This document shows, piece after piece, positions 50,659 through 59,855 of a DNA stretch of 64,000 nucleotides (within the stretch, counting starts at the first letter, position 1; each line of letters begins with the position of its first letter). This DNA is from Candidatus Chazhemtobacterium aquaticus. Its GTDB lineage: Bacteria > Patescibacteriota > Microgenomatia > UBA1400 > Chazhemtobacteraceae. The translations under genes were made by a program, and so were the position numbers. The notes beneath the pieces were generated by a model that ran no database searches, was not told the DNA's origin, and saw only the letters and a program-made list of their open reading frames with translations. Location: contig NZ_CP047901.1 in NCBI RefSeq assembly GCF_009936135.1, forward strand, positions 60,181 through 124,180, read 5' to 3'.

Positions 50659-51406
50659 ACACCAGTTTACCCAACTTCTCTGCCACCTCAACCGGCCTCT
50701 CGGCTTGCCACACGTTTCTACCGATCGCCAATCCCTTAGCCCCCGCCGCCATAATACCCCTTACCTCACTCTCAAGTCTTTCCCATCCAATCTTTCCTCC
50801 TCCTTGCGCCAACACCCCCGTCTTACCAGCAGATTTAACCACCCACTTAAAACTTTCCTCATCACCAGTGTAATATGTTTTAACATAATCAGCATTAAGC
50901 TCCATTCCCAGTCTTGCCGCATATGCCACCGTCTCTTTGTCATGCTCCTTACCCACCACCTTACTTCCCCTAGGATACATCCAAGCAATCACCGCTAAAC
51001 CAGCTTTATGCGCCTCATCCTCAATTAGACTAAACTCACGCATCATCTCCCCTTCATGCTCACTACCAACATAAATGGTATATCCCACTCCCTTTGCCCC
51101 CAACTCAATCGCCTTTTTCACTGTGCATAATTGTGGACTATATGGCTCCTTTCCCTTACTATATGAACTCGCTCCATTCAACTTCACTACCAACGGCACT
51201 TTTGCCTTTTTTTGATCATAATATTTTGCCGCCACTCCTTCCTGAAAAATTACTCCTGTAAAAAACCCGCTCTCCGCGATCTCCATGATATAAGAAGGAT
51301 CCACATTCTTCCCATTAAAATCAATCGGACCATGCTCAAATCCTTGATCATAAGCTAACAACATCACCCTTCCATCTCTTTCAAAAACACTCATATTATT
51401 TTCCAA
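50648..51406 (-). CDS. class I aldolase, DhnA/FbaB (archaeal-type fructose-bisphosphate aldolase) family
   Basis: LLAYDQGFEHG, VKLNG, and YVKTYYTG conserved-Lys contexts. 252 aa. Confidence 0.7.
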   Translation of the reverse strand: MENNMSVFERDGRVMLLAYDQGFEHGPIDFNGKNVDPSYIMEIAESGFFTGVIFQEGVAAKYYDQKKAKVPLVVKLNGASSYSKGKEPYSPQLCTVKKAIELGAKGVGYTIYVGSEHEGEMMREFSLIEDEAHKAGLAVIAWMYPRGSKVVGKEHDKETVAYAARLGMELNADYVKTYYTGDEESFKWVVKSAGKTGVLAQGGGKIGWERLESEVRGIMAAGAKGLAIGRNVWQAERPVEVAEKLGKLVFTS

Positions 51407-52367
51407 CTAATTCTCTAATCGCCTTGATTATAACCTCTTTACTCATTCCATACTTTACTAATAACTCCTCCGGCTTACCACTCTCTCCAAACACATCACT
51501 CATCCCCACCATTCTCATTTTCACCCCCACACCTTCCTTAACTAATACCTCTGCCACCGCGCTCCCCAAACCACCAATAATCTGATGCTCCTCCGCCACC
51601 ACTACTCGTTTGCATTTCTGTGCCACCCGAATAATCTCACTCTCGTCTATCGGTTTAATTGTATGAATATTAATCACCTCGACATCCACCTTGCCCGACA
51701 ACTCCTCAGCCGCTCGTAATCCCTCATACACCATTGCTCCGCTCACAATCAACCCCACCTCTCCCCCTCTTCTTAATACCTGAGCTTTACCTAACACAAA
51801 AGGAGTCATCTTGCTTGTTACCACTGGCCTTGCTGGAGCAGTCATCCGCATATACACCGGCCCCTCATGTACTACTATTGCCCTTGTCGCCCTTTTAACC
51901 TGTTCATAATCTGCCGGTGACACCACCACCAGATTTGGTAACGACCGGACCATACCCACATCCTCAAAGCTTTGTTGATTGGCTCCATCCTCACCATTGC
52001 CCGCCCCGGCATGTCCTCCCACCACTTTGACATTCGCTTTTCCTACACAAACACTCACCCGTAACTGATCATAGTTTCTTCCTGGTGAAAAACACGCAAA
52101 CGAATTTACAAAAGGAATCTTTCCTTCCAAAGCCATTCCCGCCGCCACCCCCATCATATTCTGCTCCGCTATTCCCATCTCCACAAATCTGTCTGGATAA
52201 TGCTTGGCAAAATCCTTGACTCTAGTACTCTCCATCAAATCCGCCACTACTACCCACATACGCTCATCTTTACCCAACTCCAACAACACCTCGCCATATC
52301 CATCTCGCATCGCCTTCACCTCCACCCTATCTAAATCCTCCACCAACTGCATCTCTGGATTAATCAT
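51396..52367 (-). CDS. transketolase, C-terminal (pyrimidine-binding) subunit
   Basis: Pyr and C-terminal domains, GHAGAGNGEDGANQQSFEDV. Overlaps the N-terminal subunit gene by 8 nt. Confidence 0.85.
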   Translation of the reverse strand: MINPEMQLVEDLDRVEVKAMRDGYGEVLLELGKDERMWVVVADLMESTRVKDFAKHYPDRFVEMGIAEQNMMGVAAGMALEGKIPFVNSFACFSPGRNYDQLRVSVCVGKANVKVVGGHAGAGNGEDGANQQSFEDVGMVRSLPNLVVVSPADYEQVKRATRAIVVHEGPVYMRMTAPARPVVTSKMTPFVLGKAQVLRRGGEVGLIVSGAMVYEGLRAAEELSGKVDVEVINIHTIKPIDESEIIRVAQKCKRVVVAEEHQIIGGLGSAVAEVLVKEGVGVKMRMVGMSDVFGESGKPEELLVKYGMSKEVIIKAIRELVGK

Positions 52368-53193
52368 CTTTTGTTTTTCCTAATTCCGACAATGCCTCAA
52401 CCGCCTCTGCTGCACTTGGCGCCTTACCATGCCACTCAACCAAGCCCTCCATGAACCCAACCCCCTTACCCGGTATTGTATGAAGCAGTATCACCGACGG
52501 CCTCTCATAAACCATTCTTACCTTTGCAAAAACCTCCATAATCGATCCAATATTATGTCCATCCACCTCAAACACCTCCATCCCAAACGCCTCAAGCTTT
52601 GTTCTCAATGGTTCCAGTGGCATCACCTCCTCAGTTCGCCCATCAATCTGCATATTATTCCTATCAATCACCACCGTTAAATTCGCTAATTTTTCCTTGT
52701 TTGCCAGCATATACGCTTCCCACACCTGACCCTCTTGTTGCTCACCATCTCCCATAAAACAGACCACTCGCCATTGTTTTCTCTCTCGCTTCCCCACTAT
52801 AGCCATTCCCACCGCCTGAGAAATCCCCTGACCCAACGGACCACTCGTATTCTCAATCCCCGGCAAACATCTTACTACCGGATGCCCCTGCAATCTCGAG
52901 TTAATCTGACGCAAACTCATCAGCTCTTTCTTTTCAAAAAAACCCATCTCCGCCAACACTGCGTACTGAGCTGGACAATAATGACCAGCCGAAAGCACCA
53001 CTCGATCCCTCTCCTCATCCCAAGGATTATTAGGATCAACTCTTACCAACCCTCCCAAATACAGCGCCGTCCAGAAATCAGCCGCTCCCAAAGCTCCCCC
53101 CGTATGTCCACTTCCCACATTAACCAACATCTTGATTATCTCCTCCCTTATCTCATCTGCCTTTTCCTGCAACTCACTCACCGTATACCTCAT
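52360..53193 (-). CDS. transketolase, N-terminal (thiamine diphosphate-binding) subunit
   Basis: GHTGGALGAADFWTALY and the GDGEQQEG ThDP-binding motif. Confidence 0.85.
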   Translation of the reverse strand: MRYTVSELQEKADEIREEIIKMLVNVGSGHTGGALGAADFWTALYLGGLVRVDPNNPWDEERDRVVLSAGHYCPAQYAVLAEMGFFEKKELMSLRQINSRLQGHPVVRCLPGIENTSGPLGQGISQAVGMAIVGKRERKQWRVVCFMGDGEQQEGQVWEAYMLANKEKLANLTVVIDRNNMQIDGRTEEVMPLEPLRTKLEAFGMEVFEVDGHNIGSIMEVFAKVRMVYERPSVILLHTIPGKGVGFMEGLVEWHGKAPSAAEAVEALSELGKTKDD

Positions 53194-53233
53194 ATCTTCA
53201 CTTTATCCCAAAACCACCCCCCTTACAAAACTC

Positions 53234-53884
53234 TCAATTAATAAAAGCCTTCTCAATATTCTCACCATTACCCATCTCTACCTCCTCTCCATGCTCACCC
53301 TTTAGCAACTCCATCTCATACTTCCACAATGCCTCCATCGCCGCCTCAGGTGTTGTCACTATCCTATATACCCTTAGCGCCTCTGGCCTAATCCTCATAT
53401 TAGCCGCAAACGCCTCCATGATTGTATGCCAAAAAGAACCGTAAAGAATCAGTGGTTTATGTCTTCCTAAATACAACTTAGCCAAACCCCATGCCATCCC
53501 AAACTCACTCACCGTTCCCGTTCCTCCGTTAAATAAAATATAAGCGTTCCCTAACTCCAACAACTTCAAGGTTCGATCCAAATAATTATTCATGATGATT
53601 TCCTTATCTGCCTTGTTTAACGGATCCTTACCCTCAAAGTTCTCCATGTGTTTAGGATAAAAAGTAGCCACATATGCTTTACCACCCCCTTCATGAGCCC
53701 CTTCAGTCGAAGCTCTCATCACCCCTGGACCCCCTCCGTTTACTACTACCAAACCATGTTCCGCCACCATCCTCGCCACCTCCTTTGCTGAGTCATATAA
53801 ACCATCTCCCTCATGAGCATCGGCATAACCCAAAAATGACACCGCCCTAATTCTCCTAAATGGTCCAATCTTATCCGCTGGCAT
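53234..53884 (-). CDS. LOG family protein (TIGR00730 Rossmann-fold nucleotide phosphoribohydrolase-like)
   Basis: VVNGGGPGVMRA and PGGTGT-like FNGGTGTVSEF motifs. Confidence 0.75.
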   Translation of the reverse strand: MPADKIGPFRRIRAVSFLGYADAHEGDGLYDSAKEVARMVAEHGLVVVNGGGPGVMRASTEGAHEGGGKAYVATFYPKHMENFEGKDPLNKADKEIIMNNYLDRTLKLLELGNAYILFNGGTGTVSEFGMAWGLAKLYLGRHKPLILYGSFWHTIMEAFAANMRIRPEALRVYRIVTTPEAAMEALWKYEMELLKGEHGEEVEMGNGENIEKAFIN

Positions 53885-53885
53885 A

Positions 53886-54563
53886 TTATTCCTCCAAATT
53901 CCTTAACTGCTCAAGTTTAGCTACCACATCTCCAGCCCGCAAGAGCTCTCCACCAACCGCAAACTCCATATCCAAAAAATTACGGTCCAACTCCTCCTCA
54001 CGAATTTGCTCCGCCCACTCAGCCGCCACACACCTCTTTATCTCACTTACTCCCAAACCTCCATCAACCACAATAGGTATATCACTCCTCATCTTTCTCA
54101 CCGACGCAATTTTACTTAGAACCCTTTCATCAAACTCCTGACCCTGAAAACCTGCCTTAACTGACATCAACAGCACCGCATCCAAGTCATAGACATATTC
54201 CTCCAATCTATCCACCTCTGTTTCTAAATCTAACGCCAATCCTACCCCCATTCCCGCCACTTGTGTCTCTGCAATATATCCAGCTACATCATTCATTCTT
54301 TCTATGTGAGCAAACACCCTTCCAGTTCCACCCCTAACACACCTCTTCACCCACTTTTCGGGCCTATCCACCATCAAATGCCAATCCCATTCCACCACCG
54401 TATCAATCACCTCCAAATCCTCCGGATTAACTGTCTTATTATCTGCAAACACCCCATCAATTACATCCACCTGGACTCTCCCAACCAACCCCTTTACCTT
54501 ATCAAAATCCTCCTGAAACTCCCTTAAATTCGGCCTCAAAATAGCTGGAATAATCTTCACCAT
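53886..54563 (-). CDS. rpe: ribulose-phosphate 3-epimerase
   Basis: IIPAIL...VQVDVIDGVF, DWHLMV, MSVKAGFQGQEF and VDGG motifs. Confidence 0.85.
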   Translation of the reverse strand: MVKIIPAILRPNLREFQEDFDKVKGLVGRVQVDVIDGVFADNKTVNPEDLEVIDTVVEWDWHLMVDRPEKWVKRCVRGGTGRVFAHIERMNDVAGYIAETQVAGMGVGLALDLETEVDRLEEYVYDLDAVLLMSVKAGFQGQEFDERVLSKIASVRKMRSDIPIVVDGGLGVSEIKRCVAAEWAEQIREEELDRNFLDMEFAVGGELLRAGDVVAKLEQLRNLEE

Positions 54564-54586
54564 CGTAGCAACTATCTTACCACTTT

Positions 54587-55078
54587 CTAATCACTCTCAA
54601 ATCGTAATTTATCCAACTTAACCAAACGTCTAACAAACCTCTCCTCACCACTAAACTCCGTCTTCATAAAAACCTCAACCATCTCCTTTATCACCTTCTC
54701 ACTACTGTAATCCGCCGCAATCGCCAAACAATTAACATCATCATCAGTTCTCGCCTTTCTTACCTGCTCCACATCAAAACCCAGAGCACATCTCACCCCA
54801 TCAAACCGATTCGCCACAATACTTACCCCCACCCCATTTCTACAAAAAACTACACCTCTCACTTCCTTATCTCCACCAACCTCCCTAGCTACTTGCTTAG
54901 CATAATCAACAAAATCATCCTCGGCCATATAATTGACTGCTCCTACATCAATTACATCAATACCCCGATCAACCAACCAATCCTTCACTACTTCCTTAAC
55001 TTGATACCCTCCATGATCCGCCCCTATCACCACTTTCATACCCATTATCTTATCATCCTCCAACCCCAAACTCCTCAC
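54587..55078 (-). CDS. rpiB: ribose-5-phosphate isomerase B
   Basis: MKVVIGADHGGYQVK and GVVFCRNGVGVSIVANRFDGVRCAL. Probable true start at the internal Met (~55039). Confidence 0.9.
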   Translation of the reverse strand: MRSLGLEDDKIMGMKVVIGADHGGYQVKEVVKDWLVDRGIDVIDVGAVNYMAEDDFVDYAKQVAREVGGDKEVRGVVFCRNGVGVSIVANRFDGVRCALGFDVEQVRKARTDDDVNCLAIAADYSSEKVIKEMVEVFMKTEFSGEERFVRRLVKLDKLRFESD

Positions 55079-55355
55079 GTACTTCCTCGCTCATCATCGC
55101 CGGTATCCAAAGAGGATCCCATACCAACTCTAACTCAACTCTTTCCACTCCTTCCAATTTACCCACAGCACTCTTCACCATTTGATCAATCAACCCCGCC
55201 AAAGGACATCCTGGACTCGTTAGAGTCATCTCCACCCTAACCACTTCCTCATTTATCTCCACCCCATACACTAATCCCAAATCAACTACATTAATACCCA
55301 ACTCAGGATCAATCACTCCCTTTAAAGCATTAAAAACATCTTGATCTTTCAGCAT
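55053..55355 (-). CDS. DUF59/MIP18-family Fe-S cluster assembly protein (SufT-like)
   Basis: VIDPELGINVVDLGLVYGV and a conserved Cys in TLTSPGCPLAG. Confidence 0.8.
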   Translation of the reverse strand: MLKDQDVFNALKGVIDPELGINVVDLGLVYGVEINEEVVRVEMTLTSPGCPLAGLIDQMVKSAVGKLEGVERVELELVWDPLWIPAMMSEEVREEFGVGG

Positions 55356-55373
55356 CCACTCATCATACCAACT

Positions 55374-55586
55374 TTATCTCTTTAGCTGAAACTGAGCCTC
55401 AGCCAAACAATAAACTGACCAAGCTGCCAACAAGACTGCCACCAGCATCCACTGAGTACTGGCCAGATAAATATCGTATCCAACTGATCCTAATCCAGCC
55501 AAAATCGCCGCCGAAATGCTCAGCAACATCATCCCCTTGGCTAAAGCCAACTTATCCTTATCACGACTAAACATAAACCCACTCAC
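55374..55586 (-). CDS. small membrane protein
   Basis: 70-aa ORF with two hydrophobic helices. Confidence 0.3.
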   Translation of the reverse strand: MSGFMFSRDKDKLALAKGMMLLSISAAILAGLGSVGYDIYLASTQWMLVAVLLAAWSVYCLAEAQFQLKR

Positions 55587-55618
55587 CTCCCTTCACCAAC
55601 AGCCCACCAGGGCAACTA

Positions 55619-56119
55619 CTACTTAAAAGTACCTTTAAGTACTTCTTTCTCGGGAGACTTGTCATCCCTTACCTCCAATGTAATCACAACTAAATCATAT
55701 TCCACAAGCCCTTCATCGCCCACAAACTCAAGTAACCAACCACCTTTCTCTTTTATTAGCTTTCCCACATTCACTCTCCTCTCTCCGCCTATCAACCACC
55801 CTTCATAGAACTCGCCGTTACCCAACTCCGGCAAATCAGCCATCACTGAATGATACAACCGCCCACCCGTTACCTCTCGAGTTGCAACTCCAAAACCTGA
55901 CTCCCCCTCCACTGGCCTCAACTCCACTCGTTCAGCCGTATCAGACACCGCACCCATTCCTCTAAATCTCTCAAGCACCTCCTCACTAATCTCCAAGTTG
56001 TCCCCCACCTCAATTACATCTTCTGGCTCAACTCGATTTGTCATCCAATACCAACCCCCAACTGCCACCAAACCCAAAAAAACCAAACCCCAAACCAACC
56101 CATATCTTTTCATACCCAT
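55619..56119 (-). CDS. membrane-anchored hypothetical protein
   Basis: N-terminal TM, then a soluble domain. No motif. Confidence 0.3.
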   Translation of the reverse strand: MGMKRYGLVWGLVFLGLVAVGGWYWMTNRVEPEDVIEVGDNLEISEEVLERFRGMGAVSDTAERVELRPVEGESGFGVATREVTGGRLYHSVMADLPELGNGEFYEGWLIGGERRVNVGKLIKEKGGWLLEFVGDEGLVEYDLVVITLEVRDDKSPEKEVLKGTFK

Positions 56120-56127
56120 ATTCTATC

Positions 56128-56751
56128 CTATTCTGCCAACTCTGCTTCCACCGCTCGCAGTAAATCTCCAACTGCAGTCTGCTTACCGTTAACAAAAAAT
56201 GTCGGTGTCCCTCTCACTCCCAATCTCATAGCTTCCCCGTAATCATTCATCACTAGCTCCTTATGCCTTCCCTCTTCAAGTGACTCAACAAACATCTCCC
56301 GATCCAAGCCCAATTCTTCAGCATAATCAGATAGCTTAACCTCAATCTCTTTTTCTTCCGCCCATTCTCCTTGCCGTTCAAACAACAAGTCATGATACTC
56401 CCAAAACTTGCCTTGATCGTGTGCCGCTTCCGCTGCCTCAGCTGCAATCAAAGCATTCTTGTGAATACTTGACAGTGGCATATGTCTAAACACAAATCTC
56501 ACTCCCTCTCTATTCTGTACTTGTTTCACTAATCCCTGTGCCGCCTTACAAGCAGGACACTGAAAATCACTAAACTCCACCACCTCTACCTTAGCATCCT
56601 CCGCTCCCATTACCAACCTCTCCTCACCCGAAATCTCTTTGACCTCTCCACCCATCTGATCTCCAGTCATCCTACTCATCCCCAAGGCTACTACAATCAA
56701 CAGCAACAAACTTCCTCCTATCACTCCAAAAATCAACTTAGCATCGTTCAT
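56128..56751 (-). CDS. thioredoxin-fold DsbA-family thiol:disulfide oxidoreductase, membrane-anchored
   Basis: CxxC active site in EFSDFQCPACKAA. N-terminal TM helix. Confidence 0.8.
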   Translation of the reverse strand: MNDAKLIFGVIGGSLLLLIVVALGMSRMTGDQMGGEVKEISGEERLVMGAEDAKVEVVEFSDFQCPACKAAQGLVKQVQNREGVRFVFRHMPLSSIHKNALIAAEAAEAAHDQGKFWEYHDLLFERQGEWAEEKEIEVKLSDYAEELGLDREMFVESLEEGRHKELVMNDYGEAMRLGVRGTPTFFVNGKQTAVGDLLRAVEAELAE

Positions 56752-56791
56752 AAGTCCCTATCTTGCACTAAACTAATCCAAGATTCAAGTC

Positions 56792-57052
56792 TTACTTCGG
56801 CCAAATCTTCTCTCCTGTCTCAATATTGATTACCTCAATCGCCATCGTCGGACAAGACTGAGCTGCCAGCAACTTCTCCTCATCTACATTGCCATCCTGG
56901 TCAATAATATCCGCAATATTCTGCTCGTTTAGCTTAAAAGTAGCCGACGCGATTGCCTCACATGACGCTGCTCCAATACACTTATCATTAATTACCTTTA
57001 CCTGATACTTAGTCTTAACCGGCTTATCTTCTGATCCTTTTGAATAACTCAT
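56792..57052 (-). CDS. small ferredoxin, probably [3Fe-4S] type
   Basis: CIGAASC ... SCP pattern. This is CxxAxxC...CP, with the second Cys of a 4Fe ferredoxin replaced by Ala. Confidence 0.7.
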   Translation of the reverse strand: MSYSKGSEDKPVKTKYQVKVINDKCIGAASCEAIASATFKLNEQNIADIIDQDGNVDEEKLLAAQSCPTMAIEVINIETGEKIWPK

Positions 57053-57128
57053 TCTATTTATAAAACTTAAATTGTAACGCTACCCCATATCCTAATAAAA
57101 CTTAAGCGAGTCCACAATCCCCTTGTTC

Positions 57129-57851
57129 CTAAAAAAACTTCTCAAAATTAACCTCACTCTCACCCACTCCCAACGACATCAACAATTTACTAGTCTCCTC
57201 AACCATCTCTCTGCTTCCACATACATAAGCCTGCCAACTCTTTAGATCTCCACCATGATTCTTCAAGCAATCACCCACATGCCCATTACATCCTTTCCAA
57301 TTATCACCCCCCCTGCTTAAAACCACATCGATCTTAAAGTTTTCATACTCTTTTTCCAAATCCATCCATTCTTTCATCCAAAATAAATCCTCCTCATGCC
57401 TCATCCCCCAATATAGTCTCACTGGCCGAACCTCTCTCTTAATTTTTAACAAATCATTAATCATTGGCCGAAGTGGTACCACCCCACTGCCTGTTCCCAC
57501 CATCAAAAAACCCTTTGTGTCTTGCCTTAAATGCCCATCACTAACCACAAACTCACCCATTGGTCCCAGCACCTCAACCTCATCACCCACCTCCAAATCC
57601 AACACATAACGACTCCCCACACCCATCGGGGCCGTATCAACTACCAACTGTAACTCCTCTTCACCCGGATAACTTGCCAAGCTATAACTCCTTCTTTCCC
57701 CTTCTTCATTTACTTTAATGCTTACATACTGACCCGCCCTATACTCCAACCCTCCTCTTTCCAACCACAAAGACCAATAACTATTGGGCCACTTCTCTTT
57801 CCGTTTTACTCTCACTCGAACCTGTTTCATCTCCTTTGTATTTTCCATCAC
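57129..57851 (-). CDS. ferredoxin-NADP reductase-type FAD/NAD(P)-binding oxidoreductase
   Basis: FAD motif RSYSLAS and NAD(P) motif GTGSGVVPLRPMI. Confidence 0.8.
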   Translation of the reverse strand: MMENTKEMKQVRVRVKRKEKWPNSYWSLWLERGGLEYRAGQYVSIKVNEEGERRSYSLASYPGEEELQLVVDTAPMGVGSRYVLDLEVGDEVEVLGPMGEFVVSDGHLRQDTKGFLMVGTGSGVVPLRPMINDLLKIKREVRPVRLYWGMRHEEDLFWMKEWMDLEKEYENFKIDVVLSRGGDNWKGCNGHVGDCLKNHGGDLKSWQAYVCGSREMVEETSKLLMSLGVGESEVNFEKFF

Positions 57852-57853
57852 TT

Positions 57854-58381
57854 CTAACGCATACTATTCAAAATACTCATAAAAGTCTGCTCATATCCAT
57901 TCTGTGGCTTTAGGTCAAACTTTGTAAAAAACATCTGTACAATCAACAACCTATCCCCCTTAATCGTATATGCAAAATTACCTACTCTTTCCCATTTTAA
58001 ACTCTCCGTCGTTACCGCCCCCCTCATCTCCTTACCTATTACATCTCCTCCAAAAAACTGCTCAAATGAATATTTGCTCGCATCATAACAAAAAAGGGAA
58101 AACAAAGACCTTTTTTCCACTACCCCACCCACCATCTCGTCAAAAACCACCTGAGCCAAAGGCTCCTGCGACAATGACAGCTTAATATCCGACCTCACCC
58201 AATTCTTCGGATACTCAAACTCCACTCCACACTCACTACTCACATATCGATTAGACCCCAAGCCGCCACCCACACCTTTACTCCTCGCCACAATCACCAC
58301 CGCCAACCCCACCATTGCCACCAACGCCACCACCAAACCGGCGTAAGCCATCACCTTTGAACTACCTTTCATGACTACCAC
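57854..58381 (-). CDS. membrane-anchored/secreted hypothetical protein
   Basis: ORF with a GTG start and an N-terminal hydrophobic segment. Confidence 0.3.
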   Translation of the reverse strand: MVVMKGSSKVMAYAGLVVALVAMVGLAVVIVARSKGVGGGLGSNRYVSSECGVEFEYPKNWVRSDIKLSLSQEPLAQVVFDEMVGGVVEKRSLFSLFCYDASKYSFEQFFGGDVIGKEMRGAVTTESLKWERVGNFAYTIKGDRLLIVQMFFTKFDLKPQNGYEQTFMSILNSMR

Positions 58382-58397
58382 TCTATCATACTAACTC

Positions 58398-58406
58398 TGT
58401 TATACT
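58398..58406 (+). promoter_or_regulatory. extended -10 promoter element (TGtTATACT) upstream of the DGR template repeat
   Basis: tgttatact lies 17 nt upstream of the first TR base. No clear -35 element. Confidence 0.3.
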
Positions 58407-58422
58407 CCTACTAGTTTTAGGC

Positions 58423-58557
58423 TTACGCCTTCCTACGGGGAGCCAATTGGAACAACGGATCCAATGCCGGTGTCTTCACCCTCAACCTGAACAATACGCC
58501 CGACAACTCTGGAAACAACAATATTGGCTTTCGTTGCGCCGTCTCCCCCTAAGTAAT
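58423..58557 (+). repeat. DGR template repeat (TR), 135 bp
   Basis: Matches the reverse complement of 60272-60406 at 127 of 135 positions. All 8 mismatches fall on TR adenines. TR carries AAC codons in the target reading frame. Confidence 0.9.
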
Positions 58558-58672
58558 CAAACCTGCGAGATCTCCAGATCATTGATCCACCCATCAATCA
58601 CTGGAGCCGGGCACCATCCAATTACCAGCCTAAGACTCGTCATCCACTTTAAGGAGACAGAGATAGTAAAAG

Positions 58673-58709
58673 AGTAACCAGTCTCGGGATTAATCAACGG
58701 TTACTCTTT
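58673..58709 (+). promoter_or_regulatory. perfect 9-bp hairpin in the TR-RT spacer (DGR RNA structural element candidate)
   Basis: agagtaacc - 19-nt loop - ggttactct, between the TR 3' end and the RT start codon. Confidence 0.4.
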
Positions 58710-58721
58710 TACACTTCTATC

Positions 58722-59855
58722 ATGTTTGACCGCATCATCTCTTTTAACAACCTGCTTTCCGCCTATTACAAAGCCAGAAGACACAAACGTTTCCAAAAAC
58801 CTCTCCAAATCTTCGAGTTTAATCTCGAAAAAAACCTCATCAACCTCCAAACCAATCTCGCCACCAATCAATACCGCCCCAGAAAATACCACCGCTTCAT
58901 CACCTTTGAACCCAAAAAACGTCAGATCTCAGCCCCTGTTTTTATCGACCGCATCCTCCATCACGCCATCATCACCGTTATTGAACCCATCTTTGAAAAC
59001 GTTTTCATTAACCACTCCTTCGCCTGCCGCAAGGGTAAGGGCACCCACTTTGGTATGCTCCAAGTCTCCCAAGTCTATCACCAGATCCGTCAGCATCACC
59101 CCCGCTTCTACTGCCTTAAATGCGACATCAAAAGCTATTTCGCCAGTATTAATCATCAGATTCTTCTCCGCCTGCTATCAAAACACATCTCCTGCCCCAA
59201 AACCATCAAATTACTCACCACTATCATCACCAGCTACCACGACACACCCGGCTGTGGCATCCCCATCGGCAATCTTACCTCGCAGCTATTCGCCAATATC
59301 TACCTCCACCCTCTCGACCTGTACTTAACCAAAACCCTTAAACTCAAAAACTACTTTCGTTACATGGATGACTTTCTTGTCATCTCTCCCGACAAAGAAT
59401 ATCTCCTTGCCCTCCGTCGTCAAATCAACACCTTTTTAACCACCAATCTCAAACTCACCCTCCACCCCAAGAAAAACAATATCTTTAGGGCTGATCGTGG
59501 CCTGGACTTCCTAGGCTATCTCATCAAACCCCATCAAACCACCATCAGAAAAAAGACCCTCCGCCGTTACAAAAAACGTCACAAAAAACGCCTCAAGAAA
59601 CTAAAAACCTTAAAACACCTCCTAAAAAACCACAACCAGCCCCAGCAACTCTCCCTCTTCGCTCCCCCACAAAATCTAACCGACCCGGATCTATCAAACC
59701 AAATTACCGCTCTCCAACAAAAACTTCGCTCCTCCCGTAATTCCTTCAAAGGCTTCCTCCGTTACTCCACCCACCAACGTCTATCTTCTGGTGGTGTAAC
59801 TATCAACAACATCACCATCCCCAACATCTTCCCCAAGAAACCCAACAAGCCCTAG
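58722..59855 (+). CDS. DGR-type reverse transcriptase
   Basis: RT motifs, including YMDD in FRYMDDFLVIS. DGR-specific IGxxxSQ motif (IPIGNLTSQLFANIYL) in place of the group II intron QG. 377 aa with no maturase or endonuclease domains. TR lies immediately upstream. Confidence 0.9.
   Translation: MFDRIISFNNLLSAYYKARRHKRFQKPLQIFEFNLEKNLINLQTNLATNQYRPRKYHRFITFEPKKRQISAPVFIDRILHHAIITVIEPIFENVFINHSFACRKGKGTHFGMLQVSQVYHQIRQHHPRFYCLKCDIKSYFASINHQILLRLLSKHISCPKTIKLLTTIITSYHDTPGCGIPIGNLTSQLFANIYLHPLDLYLTKTLKLKNYFRYMDDFLVISPDKEYLLALRRQINTFLTTNLKLTLHPKKNNIFRADRGLDFLGYLIKPHQTTIRKKTLRRYKKRHKKRLKKLKTLKHLLKNHNQPQQLSLFAPPQNLTDPDLSNQITALQQKLRSSRNSFKGFLRYSTHQRLSSGGVTINNITIPNIFPKKPNKP

Noticed and set aside
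51396-53193. Transketolase as a frameshifted pseudogene.
   Set aside because: N-terminal and C-terminal halves are each complete. They overlap by 8 nt in the standard two-subunit arrangement known in many archaea and bacteria.
58722-59855. RT as part of a group II intron or retron.
   Set aside because: SQ rather than QG motif. No maturase or endonuclease domain. 377 aa. No intron domain V/VI-like structure seen. An A-mutagenised TR/VR pair is present.
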